A stretch of 64,000 nt of DNA. Origin: an uncultured Candidatus Saccharibacteria bacterium (GTDB taxonomy: Bacteria > Patescibacteriota > Minisyncoccia > Phycocordibacterales > UBA918). The notes beneath the pieces were generated by a model that was not told the DNA's origin, did no database searches, and worked only from the letters and a program-made list of their open reading frames with translations. The translations under genes were made by a program, and so were the position numbers. The stretch lies in NCBI GenBank assembly GCA_964425625.1, contig CAYRMI010000004.1, positions 5,444-69,443 on the forward strand, read 5' to 3'. Positions 36,836 to 46,142 of this stretch are shown piece after piece. Every line of letters starts with the position of its first letter. Position 1 is the first letter of the stretch.

Positions 36836-37828
36836 TTACTTATCCCAGGTAAAGTCGTTGCCGAAGTGGCCGTAGCGGGCGGTCTCTCCGAATTGCGGTT
36901 CTCTGAGGTTTAGTTGCTCGATGATGGCGCGGGGGCTGAGGTCGTAGCCCTGCACTACTTCTTCCCTACCATCTAGGCTGACGGTCGCCATGAGTGGCTC
37001 CGCTAAGCCAATGGCGTAGGCTAGGTGGACGTACACTTCGTGAGCGCCACTTTTATTGAGGTAGTCTACTGCGATTTTGCGTGCCATGTAGGCGGCACTA
37101 CGATCGACCTTGGTGGCGTCTTTCCCAGAAAAGCAGCCACCACCAAGGGGAATGTGTGGCCCGTAGTTGTCGACTGCTAGTTTGCGGCCAGTAAGGCCGG
37201 TGTCGGCTTCAAAGCCACCGATGGTCCAAGAACCGTTCGGGTTTTGGAGCCAGATGTCATTGATGTCGCTAATGGTCGGGTGCAGGTAGGGAGAGAGCTC
37301 GCTTTCTATCGCTTCCTTGAGATGGACGTCGCTCATGTCGCCACTTTGACAGAGTGAAGTGAGGATTTGTACCACCTGGCCGTCTTTGAGGGTTACCTGG
37401 GCCTTCCCGTCGTGCTTACCCATAGCTTTAGTGAGCGTCCGGGCCAGGACTACTTCTAATGGTAGGAGTTCTTTGGTGGCGCTGGTGGCGTAGCCGACCA
37501 TGATGCCTTGGTCCCCGGCTCCGTCTTGGTCTACCCCACTGCCGATCTCCGGGCTTTGCTCGACGACGTTAAGGGTAATACCAATCGGGGCGTTGTAGCC
37601 TAAGCTGGCATAGACTTCCTTGGCAATCTGCCGGAGGTTTACCTGGGCGCGCGTGGTGAGCTCGCCGGTAATGGTGATAAGGCCGTGTCCGCCCATGGTC
37701 TCGATAGCGGCGCGGGTCTTCGGATCTTCTCTTAGACAAGCATCGAGGATAGCGTCGCTGATTTGGTCACATACTTTATCTGGGTGTGAAGGGGTAACGG
37801 ATTCGGCGGTTCGATATTGCGTCTTCAT
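36836..37828 (-). CDS. metK: S-adenosylmethionine synthetase
   Basis: AESVTPSHPDKVCDQISD, GAGDQG, DTGLTGRK, GGGCFSGKDATKVDRS. Confidence 0.95.
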   Translation of the reverse strand: MKTQYRTAESVTPSHPDKVCDQISDAILDACLREDPKTRAAIETMGGHGLITITGELTTRAQVNLRQIAKEVYASLGYNAPIGITLNVVEQSPEIGSGVDQDGAGDQGIMVGYATSATKELLPLEVVLARTLTKAMGKHDGKAQVTLKDGQVVQILTSLCQSGDMSDVHLKEAIESELSPYLHPTISDINDIWLQNPNGSWTIGGFEADTGLTGRKLAVDNYGPHIPLGGGCFSGKDATKVDRSAAYMARKIAVDYLNKSGAHEVYVHLAYAIGLAEPLMATVSLDGREEVVQGYDLSPRAIIEQLNLREPQFGETARYGHFGNDFTWDK

Positions 37829-37853
37829 AGGTTAAAGGTTGGTTTAGTTAAAT

Positions 37854-37886
37854 AAAAACAATCTCAGACGGAAAGAGATTGTTTTT
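37854..37886 (-). terminator. Riboswitch-controlled terminator upstream of metK
   Basis: AAAAACAAUCUC-9 nt-GAGAUUGUUUUU. Confidence 0.75.
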
Positions 37887-37893
37887 ACACAGT

Positions 37894-37987
37894 GAATCTT
37901 TCCCTTGCGGGCTGGATGAAGCACTTTGCCATTGGCAAGTTGCTGGACGACTTAGTGGGCCAGGACCCTATTCGTCTCTCTTGATTC
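37894..37987 (-). promoter_or_regulatory. SAM-I (S-box) riboswitch
   Basis: P1 GAAUC/GAUUC, AUCAAGAG, AGGG..UGGCCC, CAGCAAC, GUGC, UCC, AAGAU; directly upstream of metK. Confidence 0.9.
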
Positions 37988-38049
37988 GTATGAGATTGTC
38001 AAAGGATATAACTGTGTGGTTTGGGTTTTGGTTACCAGCTTTTATTCTG

Positions 38050-38111
38050 TTCACGATTATAGCAAGTATAATCGTGAAAAATGTCAAAAAATCGTGCTTT
38101 TTCACGATTAT
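38050..38111. promoter_or_regulatory. Cluster of TTCACGATTAT operator-like repeats overlapping a - strand promoter
   Basis: Copies at 38050 (+), 38068 (inverted), 38101 (+), partial at about 38087; TGcTATAAT on - strand. Confidence 0.5.
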
Positions 38112-38205
38112 GATGGGCTTTTAGAGAAGATCCTGGGTGTTTTCATTTAATTGGTTGAGTTTTTTAAATTTATTTCAAATACCGGTTGGCCTTCGTCGAC
38201 CATAG

Positions 38206-38478
38206 TTAGCCAATCATTCCACCCTCGAGCAAATCAACCTGATAACCTAAGTCCTTAAGGATATGATTTACTGGGTAGCAACGCCCGCCACTATAACAAA
38301 CCGTCACAATCAGCTTATCCTTTGGTAACTGCTCAACTTCAGCCAAGAGTAGTAACTGTTGCAGGGGTATATGAATGGCACCGGGTAAGGACGGTAATTG
38401 AATCAGTTCAAAATCTTCTCGTATATCGACAAGCATATAATCGTCTTTGTCGATAGCTTTGAGCTCTTCTCTGGTCAT
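38206..38478 (-). CDS. Single-domain rhodanese-like protein
   Basis: LVDIRE, LPGAIHIPL, VCYSGGR, LEGGM. Confidence 0.88.
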   Translation of the reverse strand: MTREELKAIDKDDYMLVDIREDFELIQLPSLPGAIHIPLQQLLLLAEVEQLPKDKLIVTVCYSGGRCYPVNHILKDLGYQVDLLEGGMIG

Positions 38479-38592
38479 ACCAGTATTCTAGACTACCGGT
38501 GGGTTATTACAAGAAACTATCAGATAGTCTCATAAAATCTCTATAGTATCTCTATAGCCTCGAAGTTTACGGCTGTAACTTATGTAATCAAA

Positions 38593-39114
38593 CTAATCAC
38601 TAGAAGATATCGTGGCCTGATGATGGGCAGTTTTTTGTGCTTCTGATTCTGTTTGGTTGTCAACTTTAGAAAACTCTCGTAATTCATCCTTGTGTTTGAA
38701 GTGTGGAATGCGAGGGATGAAAATAGAGGCCAAACTGGCAATGATAGCTATCTGATAGTACCCAAAGCCGATAGCCATACCCAAAGCGCCGGAAAACCAA
38801 ATACTAGCAGCTGTGGTGAGGTTTCGGATTGATGCTCCTTCCTTGATAATTAAGCCAGCTCCAAGAAAGCCGATACCCGTCACTACCTGAGCGGCGATGC
38901 GAGATTGTGAAGCTGGGTCAACTGTCATAGACATAAAGGTAAAGAGCATGGCGCCACAAATAACAAAAGAGTTCGTACTAATACCGGCGTCCTTACCGCG
39001 AGACTCTCGTTCAATACCAATAATCGTACCCAGAGCAATCGCAATCAATAGATCAACAATAAATGTTATTGTCGTAGGTTGAATGGCTATAAACGAAGTT
39101 AATATTTCAGACAT
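38593..39114 (-). CDS. MgtC/SapB family protein
   Basis: IGIERE, AGIST, RIAAQVVTGIGFLGAG, LTTAASIW. Confidence 0.92.
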   Translation of the reverse strand: MSEILTSFIAIQPTTITFIVDLLIAIALGTIIGIERESRGKDAGISTNSFVICGAMLFTFMSMTVDPASQSRIAAQVVTGIGFLGAGLIIKEGASIRNLTTAASIWFSGALGMAIGFGYYQIAIIASLASIFIPRIPHFKHKDELREFSKVDNQTESEAQKTAHHQATISSSD

Positions 39115-39176
39115 ATTTAAATAATAGTACCTAAAGATACTTAGGTTGCAAGAAATCAAAGTGCTAATTAACCTAA

Positions 39177-40106
39177 CTAGAGCGTCTGACCACTTTCTCT
39201 CGCTTGTAGCTTGGTTAGGGCCTCATTGAAGGCATTGGTGGTGAGGCTTGAGCCACCGACACGGCTGAGTGGTACGAGAGTAGCAAACGGTTGATTGGCG
39301 ACAATGGCATTTACATTGGTGACGAACTCAGCGATTTTGCCTTGGTTGTTGGGGTCAATATCGGCGGCGTGGACTGATGAAATATTACCGGCCTGATCGA
39401 GTTTGAAGGTAAATTGCATGTTATGGGTGCCTCCCGGATATTCGAAGCCAACAGTTTCTTGGAGTTCCCGATACTGCGCTACTGGGACAGTAGCTTGTTC
39501 TTGTTGGCGGGTCTCACGTGCCATCCGTTCATTTCTAATCAGTCCGTAGACGGTAAGAAGGAGCAAAATAAGAATTGCGCCAATAAATATGATTTTACGA
39601 CGTCCATTTAAATAGCCCATAGTTGATGCTTGGTGGATTAATTTGATAATTCCGGCCACCGCAAATATAGCGATGATGTAGCCGATTAAATAGGTACTAA
39701 ATGAGTATGATAACTCTCCGGCCACGCCTAGTACCGTTGCTCCCCACCAAGAAGTAAAAGAGATACTAGAACCTAACCATAAAGGCACCCAGCGCTTTTG
39801 TAGAGCTAGGGCGTTAATAAAAATAGTGACAAACATTAATTCCTTAATCCAGAGCTTTTCACTAGTAAAAAGAATATTGCTACCTTGCATTTCAAAGTAC
39901 CAGTACATACCAAGGACTGATACTAGTAAAATTGCCATACCAATCCGAATCATGCCGTAGTTGACGTGCATCATGACCCTTTCCTCTTCACTAATTTTTT
40001 TATCTTTTAGAGCGCGATAAATTTGTAGTTCAGCTAAAGTGGCTCCGCCGGTACCAATTACAGTACCAACTACATGGAGGAGGACAAGAAAACTATATAT
40101 TTCCAT
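39177..40106 (-). CDS. Hypothetical multi-TM protein with C-terminal FMN-bind-like soluble domain
   Basis: LHVVG..IG.GGAT TM module; C-terminal YPGG...V.G.SLTT.AFN.AL. Confidence 0.65.
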   Translation of the reverse strand: MEIYSFLVLLHVVGTVIGTGGATLAELQIYRALKDKKISEEERVMMHVNYGMIRIGMAILLVSVLGMYWYFEMQGSNILFTSEKLWIKELMFVTIFINALALQKRWVPLWLGSSISFTSWWGATVLGVAGELSYSFSTYLIGYIIAIFAVAGIIKLIHQASTMGYLNGRRKIIFIGAILILLLLTVYGLIRNERMARETRQQEQATVPVAQYRELQETVGFEYPGGTHNMQFTFKLDQAGNISSVHAADIDPNNQGKIAEFVTNVNAIVANQPFATLVPLSRVGGSSLTTNAFNEALTKLQARESGQTL

Positions 40107-40273
40107 TCTATTATTATACGCCTTAGATATTTGCTTATCACCCGTAATTATCAACAAACTAGGTACATAGGTTGCAAAAATGCACTACCATAAGTGTGCT
40201 GGTCGGAGATTGCTATCGTAGCTGAGCTGGGCTATTGTATGAAGATTATACTTCACAATAAATCTGATAATTC

Positions 40274-40879
40274 ATGCAAAAATACATACTTTTAGCTCTT
40301 TCCGTTGGCTTTGTCCTCGGCGCAACTGGTACTTACCTGCTGACTCGTGAACCAGTAAAAGATAAAAATGACTTAATTAGTGAGTTTTATGCCATTGAGA
40401 ATGCAGTACATGTTAGTCCGCATGGTTTACGTTCTTACATGTCCAAAGGTGAAACTAGCAAGTTTGTCTTAGTGGACTTGCGTAGCCAAGAGGAGTATGA
40501 GACAGCTCATATCGTCACTGCTCTCAATGTACCAGCCTACAAAGATCCTAATACATCTGCTTATGATGAAGTCGAAAGAATTGTCGGTGGATTTAGAGAA
40601 ATCCTAGCTGAAAATCCAAACAAAGATATTATTGTATATTGTTACAGTACCCCTTGCATGACCGGCCGGAAGATTGGTCAGATGTTGGCTGAAAATGGTA
40701 TCTATGTAAAACATCTAGGTATTGGTTGGAATGAGTGGCGTTATGCTTGGAACATGTGGAATCATGATGGTGAGGCCAAGACAGTAGTTGATGATTATAT
40801 TGCTACTGGAACCGAACCAGGTGTGCCACCCAAGCCAGACTTTCTGCCGACTTGCGCTGATGGGGTGTTTGGTTGCTAA
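40274..40879 (+). CDS. Exported rhodanese-like domain protein
   Basis: LVDLRS.EEY...HI..A.NVP, VYCYSTPC, GWNEW. Confidence 0.85.
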   Translation: MQKYILLALSVGFVLGATGTYLLTREPVKDKNDLISEFYAIENAVHVSPHGLRSYMSKGETSKFVLVDLRSQEEYETAHIVTALNVPAYKDPNTSAYDEVERIVGGFREILAENPNKDIIVYCYSTPCMTGRKIGQMLAENGIYVKHLGIGWNEWRYAWNMWNHDGEAKTVVDDYIATGTEPGVPPKPDFLPTCADGVFGC

Positions 40880-40971
40880 TAATTAAGTCGATATTCACTA
40901 TAAAACTGCCATGGCTTTGCCATGGTTTTATAAGATATTCGTCGCACCGATTGAATTTAATGGAAGAATAT

Positions 40972-41047
40972 TCGTAGGACCCAGAAGCCCGCTTTATTTA
41001 TAGAAGCGGGCTTCCATGTGGGTAAGTTCCTACGATGCAGAGCATCG
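40972..41047. repeat. Nested palindromic intergenic element (REP/REPIN-like or structured RNA)
   Basis: TCGTAGGA..TCCTACGA enclosing GAAGCCCGCTT/AAGCGGGCTTC; adjacent CGATGC-AGA-GCATCG. Confidence 0.45.
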
Positions 41048-41135
41048 CATAATCATATTAACACCCCTTCCCCACTCTATCCACAGTCAAATCGACACTT
41101 TTCCACAGCTTTGTTAACAGTTATCATAAATACGA

Positions 41136-42449
41136 TTATAAAGCTGGTAGATACAGCATTGGATCGACATAGGCGTCAGTAGCGGCTACTGGTGTCGAAG
41201 CTGGACCACAACTGGTAACCGTTTTGATTTCGTTGAACTGGCGGACGCTAACTCCAGCCTTTACGTAGACGGTAAAGTGCAGATGGGGGCCGGTGGAGTA
41301 ACCAGTGTTGCCGGTATAGCCGATTATCTCTCCGGTGGTGACTTTTTGACCTGGGGTGACGCTTATCACGTCCTGGTGGGCGTAGAGAGTTGAAAGACCA
41401 TTGGCATGATCGACTAGGGTCCACTTACCCCAAGAATAACACCCAGGCACTAAGTCAGTATTGCCGGTCGCTCGTACTGTGCCCGAGAGAGGAGCGTGAA
41501 TAGCAGTACCACGCGGTGTGCCAAGGTCTACGCCAGGGTGGTAGGCGCGACCGGCATAGACACTGGCATTTCGTTTGGCAAATTCCGTTCCACCAAAGTA
41601 CTGAGTTACTACAATATTTTTTAGGGGCCAATCAAAAACTCGAGTCCCCGGGGCAGGAATGGTATTGGGGTCTAGGATAAATTGGAGTTTAGCTTCAAAG
41701 TCACGTAGGTCTTTGATGATTTGCTCTTTAGCTTCAACTTTTTCAGCTAGGATTTGCTGGTATTTTTTCTCTTCGCTTTTTGTAACTTCAAGTAGCTTTG
41801 CTCTTTCGGTTTGATTGTTGGTGAGGACAGAGTTTTGGTCTGAGTATTGAGTTTTTAATGATATAAGATTTGAACGTTTTTCCGTACTGAGTTCTCGCTT
41901 CTCGTCTAACAACTTTTTAAGTTCATTTAGATTTAGTACTTTTTCGGTAAGACTGCGACGAACCGTTTCTTGTGCTTCCAGCGTACTCCAGAAGTCAGAT
42001 AGTTTTTGGTTTTGTAATAGGAGCTCGATCATTGATTCTCTGTCGGATTGATACTCACTGCGAATTATCTGTGCAATCGCGCTAGAATTTTCGGCTATCT
42101 CGTTTTCAGTGCGGGAAATTTCGAGAATAAGTTTATTTATTTCTAAGTCAGTTGAGCTAATTTGGTTTTCAGTTTTGGAAATTTCGGCCTGAACTTTCTT
42201 TCGTTCTAGAGTTAGTTGGTTAATAGCACTTTGGAGAGTCTTTTTTTCCGAACCCACGACTTTTAAATCGGCTTCATATTTGGCAATTTCCTTTTCAATC
42301 TCAGCTAGTCTCGAGCCACGGTCTTGGATGTCTTTTTGGAGGCGGTCTAGTTCTGAAGATTGAGCGGATACTACAAAAGTGCCACTAGCTAGAAGTGGAA
42401 TAATTGCGAGGCCACAGACAAAGGCAATGAAAGATGAATGTACTTTCAC
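41136..42449 (-). CDS. M23 family peptidase with long coiled coil (EnvC/CwlO-like)
   Basis: Signal peptide, coiled coil, HPGVD, TLYAH, GNTGYSTGPHLHF. Confidence 0.9.
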   Translation of the reverse strand: MKVHSSFIAFVCGLAIIPLLASGTFVVSAQSSELDRLQKDIQDRGSRLAEIEKEIAKYEADLKVVGSEKKTLQSAINQLTLERKKVQAEISKTENQISSTDLEINKLILEISRTENEIAENSSAIAQIIRSEYQSDRESMIELLLQNQKLSDFWSTLEAQETVRRSLTEKVLNLNELKKLLDEKRELSTEKRSNLISLKTQYSDQNSVLTNNQTERAKLLEVTKSEEKKYQQILAEKVEAKEQIIKDLRDFEAKLQFILDPNTIPAPGTRVFDWPLKNIVVTQYFGGTEFAKRNASVYAGRAYHPGVDLGTPRGTAIHAPLSGTVRATGNTDLVPGCYSWGKWTLVDHANGLSTLYAHQDVISVTPGQKVTTGEIIGYTGNTGYSTGPHLHFTVYVKAGVSVRQFNEIKTVTSCGPASTPVAATDAYVDPMLYLPAL

Positions 42450-43912
42450 CCCTTTATTTTATCACAAGCAAGTTTAATTCGAGCTATAGTTTCCTCCTCG
42501 CCGATGATATAGGCAATTGTAAAGGGATCGGGTGACTGCTTTTTGCCCGAAAGGGCGACACGTAGTGGCCATAGAACCTCCCCTTTCCCGGTGGTTTCGG
42601 CATAGTCCCAGACCGCAGTTTTTATAGTATCAGAACTACTCCAATCTGCGTCCTTAAAGAGTTTGGCCACTGTTTCTAAACGTGGTAGAGAGTCCTGTAA
42701 TGATGTGTCATTTTTCCATAACAACAGAGAAGCGTCATATAAAGGAGTAGAAAAAGCAAAATCATACTCCCCTGCCTCTGCCTGAGTAACTACATCTTTG
42801 GCCACTTGAATGCGGTCGATTAGAGTTGGAACAAGTTTTTCGAGACGCTTGGTAGCATATTGGGGTTGTGATTTTAGACTCTCAGGCAAGGCTTTGGCTA
42901 CATAGTCTACTTGCTCACTTTGCGAAAGTAGAGAGAGATGTTGCTTATTCATCCAGAGTAGTTTGTCTTCATTGAAAGCTCCTCCGGCCCGTTGAATTTT
43001 GTCGATAGCAAAAACTTGAATCAATTCATCTTTTGTAAAGATTTCTTGATCAGTGCCGGGGTTCCAGCCAATCATCGCCAAGTAGTTAACCATGGCTGAA
43101 GATAGGTAACCCTCGGTACGGTAGTCCAAAATGTCTTTTGCCCCATCACGCTTACCGAGTTTCTTGGTACGGTCATCACGTAGGATGGGCGGTAAAGTAG
43201 CAAACACTGGATAAGTAAAACCAAGGGCATCATAGATGCTGAGAAATTTTGGTGTACTGGCAATAAATTCGTCGCCTCGCATGATGTGGGTTACTCCCAT
43301 GGCATGATCATCTATAATGTGAGCAAAGTTGTAAGTCGGATAACCATCTGATTTGATGAGAATGATATCATCCACCATTTCTTCACCGGCCGTGAGTTCA
43401 CCGCGGGCCGCATCAGTCCAAGTGTAGCGCTTTATTTCCGGTACTTTTAGGCGCAGTGGCTTGGTGCCATCCCAGACGTCAAATTTCTCTGGGCGGTAGT
43501 TGCGGTATAGAAATGGTCTTTTCTCGGTCTTGGCTTGCTGGCGGAACTGCTCTAATTCGGCTTCCGTATAGGGGTCGGGGTAGGCTAATCCCTTAGCAAT
43601 CAGATCTTGTGCATATTTTAGGTAGGAAGGAAGACGCTCGGATTGGATACAAGAGCCGAAAGGTCCGGGTTTGTCTGGACCAAAGTCCCAATCGATACCA
43701 AGCCAGGTAAGGGATTCTTGAATATGTTCGATAGAACCAGCTACTTCTCGACTTTTGTCAGTGTCTTCGATTCGCAGAATAAAGGTACCGGCATATTTGC
43801 GAGCAAAAAGGTAAGCAAAAAGAGCGGTGCGTACACCGCCAATGTGCATATAACCAGTCGGTGACGGGGCAAACCTTGTTACGACTTTTTGATTGTTTTG
43901 TTTAGGATCCAT
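42446..43912 (-). CDS. gltX: Glutamate--tRNA ligase
   Basis: TRFAPSPTGYMHIGG, LRIEDTD, PTYNFA, KLGKR. Confidence 0.95.
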   Translation of the reverse strand: MDPKQNNQKVVTRFAPSPTGYMHIGGVRTALFAYLFARKYAGTFILRIEDTDKSREVAGSIEHIQESLTWLGIDWDFGPDKPGPFGSCIQSERLPSYLKYAQDLIAKGLAYPDPYTEAELEQFRQQAKTEKRPFLYRNYRPEKFDVWDGTKPLRLKVPEIKRYTWTDAARGELTAGEEMVDDIILIKSDGYPTYNFAHIIDDHAMGVTHIMRGDEFIASTPKFLSIYDALGFTYPVFATLPPILRDDRTKKLGKRDGAKDILDYRTEGYLSSAMVNYLAMIGWNPGTDQEIFTKDELIQVFAIDKIQRAGGAFNEDKLLWMNKQHLSLLSQSEQVDYVAKALPESLKSQPQYATKRLEKLVPTLIDRIQVAKDVVTQAEAGEYDFAFSTPLYDASLLLWKNDTSLQDSLPRLETVAKLFKDADWSSSDTIKTAVWDYAETTGKGEVLWPLRVALSGKKQSPDPFTIAYIIGEEETIARIKLACDKIKG

Positions 43913-45014
43913 GCTCTTTCCCGATTTGAATGAGACTAGCAGCAATTTTTTGTGCAGCATCGGTTGGCACAAATTGCTTGGCAGAAGCACTCATAGTGCG
44001 CCAGTGCTCCGGGTTGCCAATAATAGACTTTATTTCGGCTATGAGCAAGGCTTCGCTTAGGTTGCGCTCCTCTATCACTGTGGCTCCCCCGCCCCGGGCA
44101 AAAGCGTAGGCATTGGAACGTTGGTCGCGACTTATATCTTCCGGAATGGGAATAATAATACTTGGTGTGCCATGAATACCTATTTCAAATAGAGTAGTAC
44201 TGCCAGCCCGGGTAATTACTACCGAAGAAGCTGAGAGTAAGGCATTTACTTTCTTGGCCGGAATTAGTCCTTCAATATAGTAATGACTTTGTAAATTAGG
44301 ATCTGAAATAAGTGTTTTGGCAATTAAGGCTAATTCATCACGCTTAGCCACACCAGTCTGGTGATAGATGCGACAGATTGGAAGTAGTTCATCAAGACAG
44401 CGTAGAACGATGTTGTTTAGTCGTTCGGCTCCGAGTGAGCCACCAGTAATATAAATCAGTGGCAGGTCGTTGGGGATACCAAGTGTGGTGTAGGGGTCAG
44501 GGTCATTTGTGAGTAATTCTTGACGGATTGGTATACCGGTAAGGGCTACTTTGTCTTTAGGGAAGAAGCTGGCTGCTTCAGGGTACGAAATAGCAATGTA
44601 GCGAGCAAATTTTTTGGCCAATAGATTGGCTCGGCCGGGGACAGCGTCAGACTCATGTATCACTACTGGTATACGCAGTAAACGAGCAGCGATGAGGATT
44701 GGTACACTGGTGTACCCGCCTTTACTGAAAATCACATCAGGATAAATAATATAGAGTTTTATTATAGCTATAAACAATCCAAAAAAGTTTCTAAAAATAT
44801 CAAAGAAATTTTGGATAGAAAAATACAGACGCAACTTACCGGCCGGGCAATAAATAAAGGTAACGCGGTGAGTTTTTAATAAATCTTCATTATAGGGTTC
44901 TGGTCCAAAATAGTAGAGATCAGGCTGATCCGGATGGGTACTAAGAACTTCTGCCACCGCAATGAGTGGATAGAAATGACCGCCTGTACCTCCCCCGACA
45001 AAACCTATACGCAT
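43902..45014 (-). CDS. murG: Undecaprenyl-PP-MurNAc-pentapeptide GlcNAc transferase
   Basis: GGGTGGHFYP, KGGY, HESDAVPGRAN, GGSLGA, RAGSTT, Q..NA. Confidence 0.94.
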   Translation of the reverse strand: MRIGFVGGGTGGHFYPLIAVAEVLSTHPDQPDLYYFGPEPYNEDLLKTHRVTFIYCPAGKLRLYFSIQNFFDIFRNFFGLFIAIIKLYIIYPDVIFSKGGYTSVPILIAARLLRIPVVIHESDAVPGRANLLAKKFARYIAISYPEAASFFPKDKVALTGIPIRQELLTNDPDPYTTLGIPNDLPLIYITGGSLGAERLNNIVLRCLDELLPICRIYHQTGVAKRDELALIAKTLISDPNLQSHYYIEGLIPAKKVNALLSASSVVITRAGSTTLFEIGIHGTPSIIIPIPEDISRDQRSNAYAFARGGGATVIEERNLSEALLIAEIKSIIGNPEHWRTMSASAKQFVPTDAAQKIAASLIQIGKEHGS

Positions 45015-45026
45015 AACCTAAGTCTA

Positions 45027-46142
45027 TCACGAACGCTTATCGCGGATGCGGTATTTGGACACATTTAACACAATCCCTAACGAAGCTAGAGTGGCCATCA
45101 TGGCCGTGCCACCGTGACTAATAAAAGGCAGTGGTAGCCCAGAAAGAGGGGCGATGCCAAGCATTGAGGCAATATTTAGAAAAGCTTGAGTGACGATAAG
45201 GGTCATGAAGCCAACAACTAAAAGCATACCAAAAAGATCATCGGCTTGAGTAGCAATCTTGAAACCACGAAAAGTGAAAAATGATAACAAGCAAACAAGG
45301 ATAACAGAACCAACAAAGCCAAACTCTTCAGCGTACACAGCAAAGACTGAGTCTCCTATTGGTTCTGGTAAGTATTCAAACTTTTGAATACTTTGTCCGT
45401 AACCTCGGCCGAGGAAACCACCGGAACCAACAGCGATAAGTGATTGCTTAATTTGGTAACCACTCCCCTGATCATCTTGTCCAGGATTTAAGAAGATAGT
45501 GAAGCGATCCATCACGTATGGACGAGCGTGAGCGACAATTAGAAGAAGAACAGCTGCGGCCACCAGAAGAAATGCTATGTGACGCCATTTTGCTCCGGTT
45601 GTAATAAACATCGCTATACCGGCGAAAGCCATAATCATAAAGGTGTCGGTGTCAGGCAGTATGAGCATGACTGCGCCGACGACTCCTAGCGCACCAACAA
45701 AAGGTAAAAATCCATAGCGCCAGGAATCGATCTGTTTATGTGTGCCAGAAAGTAATGAAGCGGTATAGATAATAAAAGCAATTTTTAGAAATTCTGAGGG
45801 TTGAAAAGTAATAAATCCAATATCTACCCAACGGGTAGCCCCGGCGTATGTCATACCCAGAGGAGTAAATACTAGTAACGTGAGAAATATACCCAGTAAA
45901 AATATATATAATGAGTATTGTCGCCAATTACGATAGTAGATGTTGCTAGTGATAAATAGGGCTATACTTCCACCCACTAGACCAAAGAAGAATTGGTTAA
46001 AGGCAACGGAACTAAAACTCGCTCCATCGCGGGCCAAAAGTCCCAGTGAAGCTGAGGAGAAAATAAAAAAACCAATAACGACTAAGATAGAGATTAGAAC
46101 GAGGAGAATAATATCAACTGACTTGGGAGCTCGTATCCTCAT
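45027..46142 (-). CDS. ftsW: SEDS family peptidoglycan glycosyltransferase FtsW
   Basis: GATRW, FQPSEFLK, GYQIKQSLIAVGSGG, LPFISHGG; between mraY and murG. Confidence 0.9.
   Translation of the reverse strand: MRIRAPKSVDIILLVLISILVVIGFFIFSSASLGLLARDGASFSSVAFNQFFFGLVGGSIALFITSNIYYRNWRQYSLYIFLLGIFLTLLVFTPLGMTYAGATRWVDIGFITFQPSEFLKIAFIIYTASLLSGTHKQIDSWRYGFLPFVGALGVVGAVMLILPDTDTFMIMAFAGIAMFITTGAKWRHIAFLLVAAAVLLLIVAHARPYVMDRFTIFLNPGQDDQGSGYQIKQSLIAVGSGGFLGRGYGQSIQKFEYLPEPIGDSVFAVYAEEFGFVGSVILVCLLSFFTFRGFKIATQADDLFGMLLVVGFMTLIVTQAFLNIASMLGIAPLSGLPLPFISHGGTAMMATLASLGIVLNVSKYRIRDKRS

Noticed and set aside
41077-41107. oriC
   Set aside because: Only two imperfect DnaA boxes, no dnaA or dnaN, and gene orientation does not diverge here.
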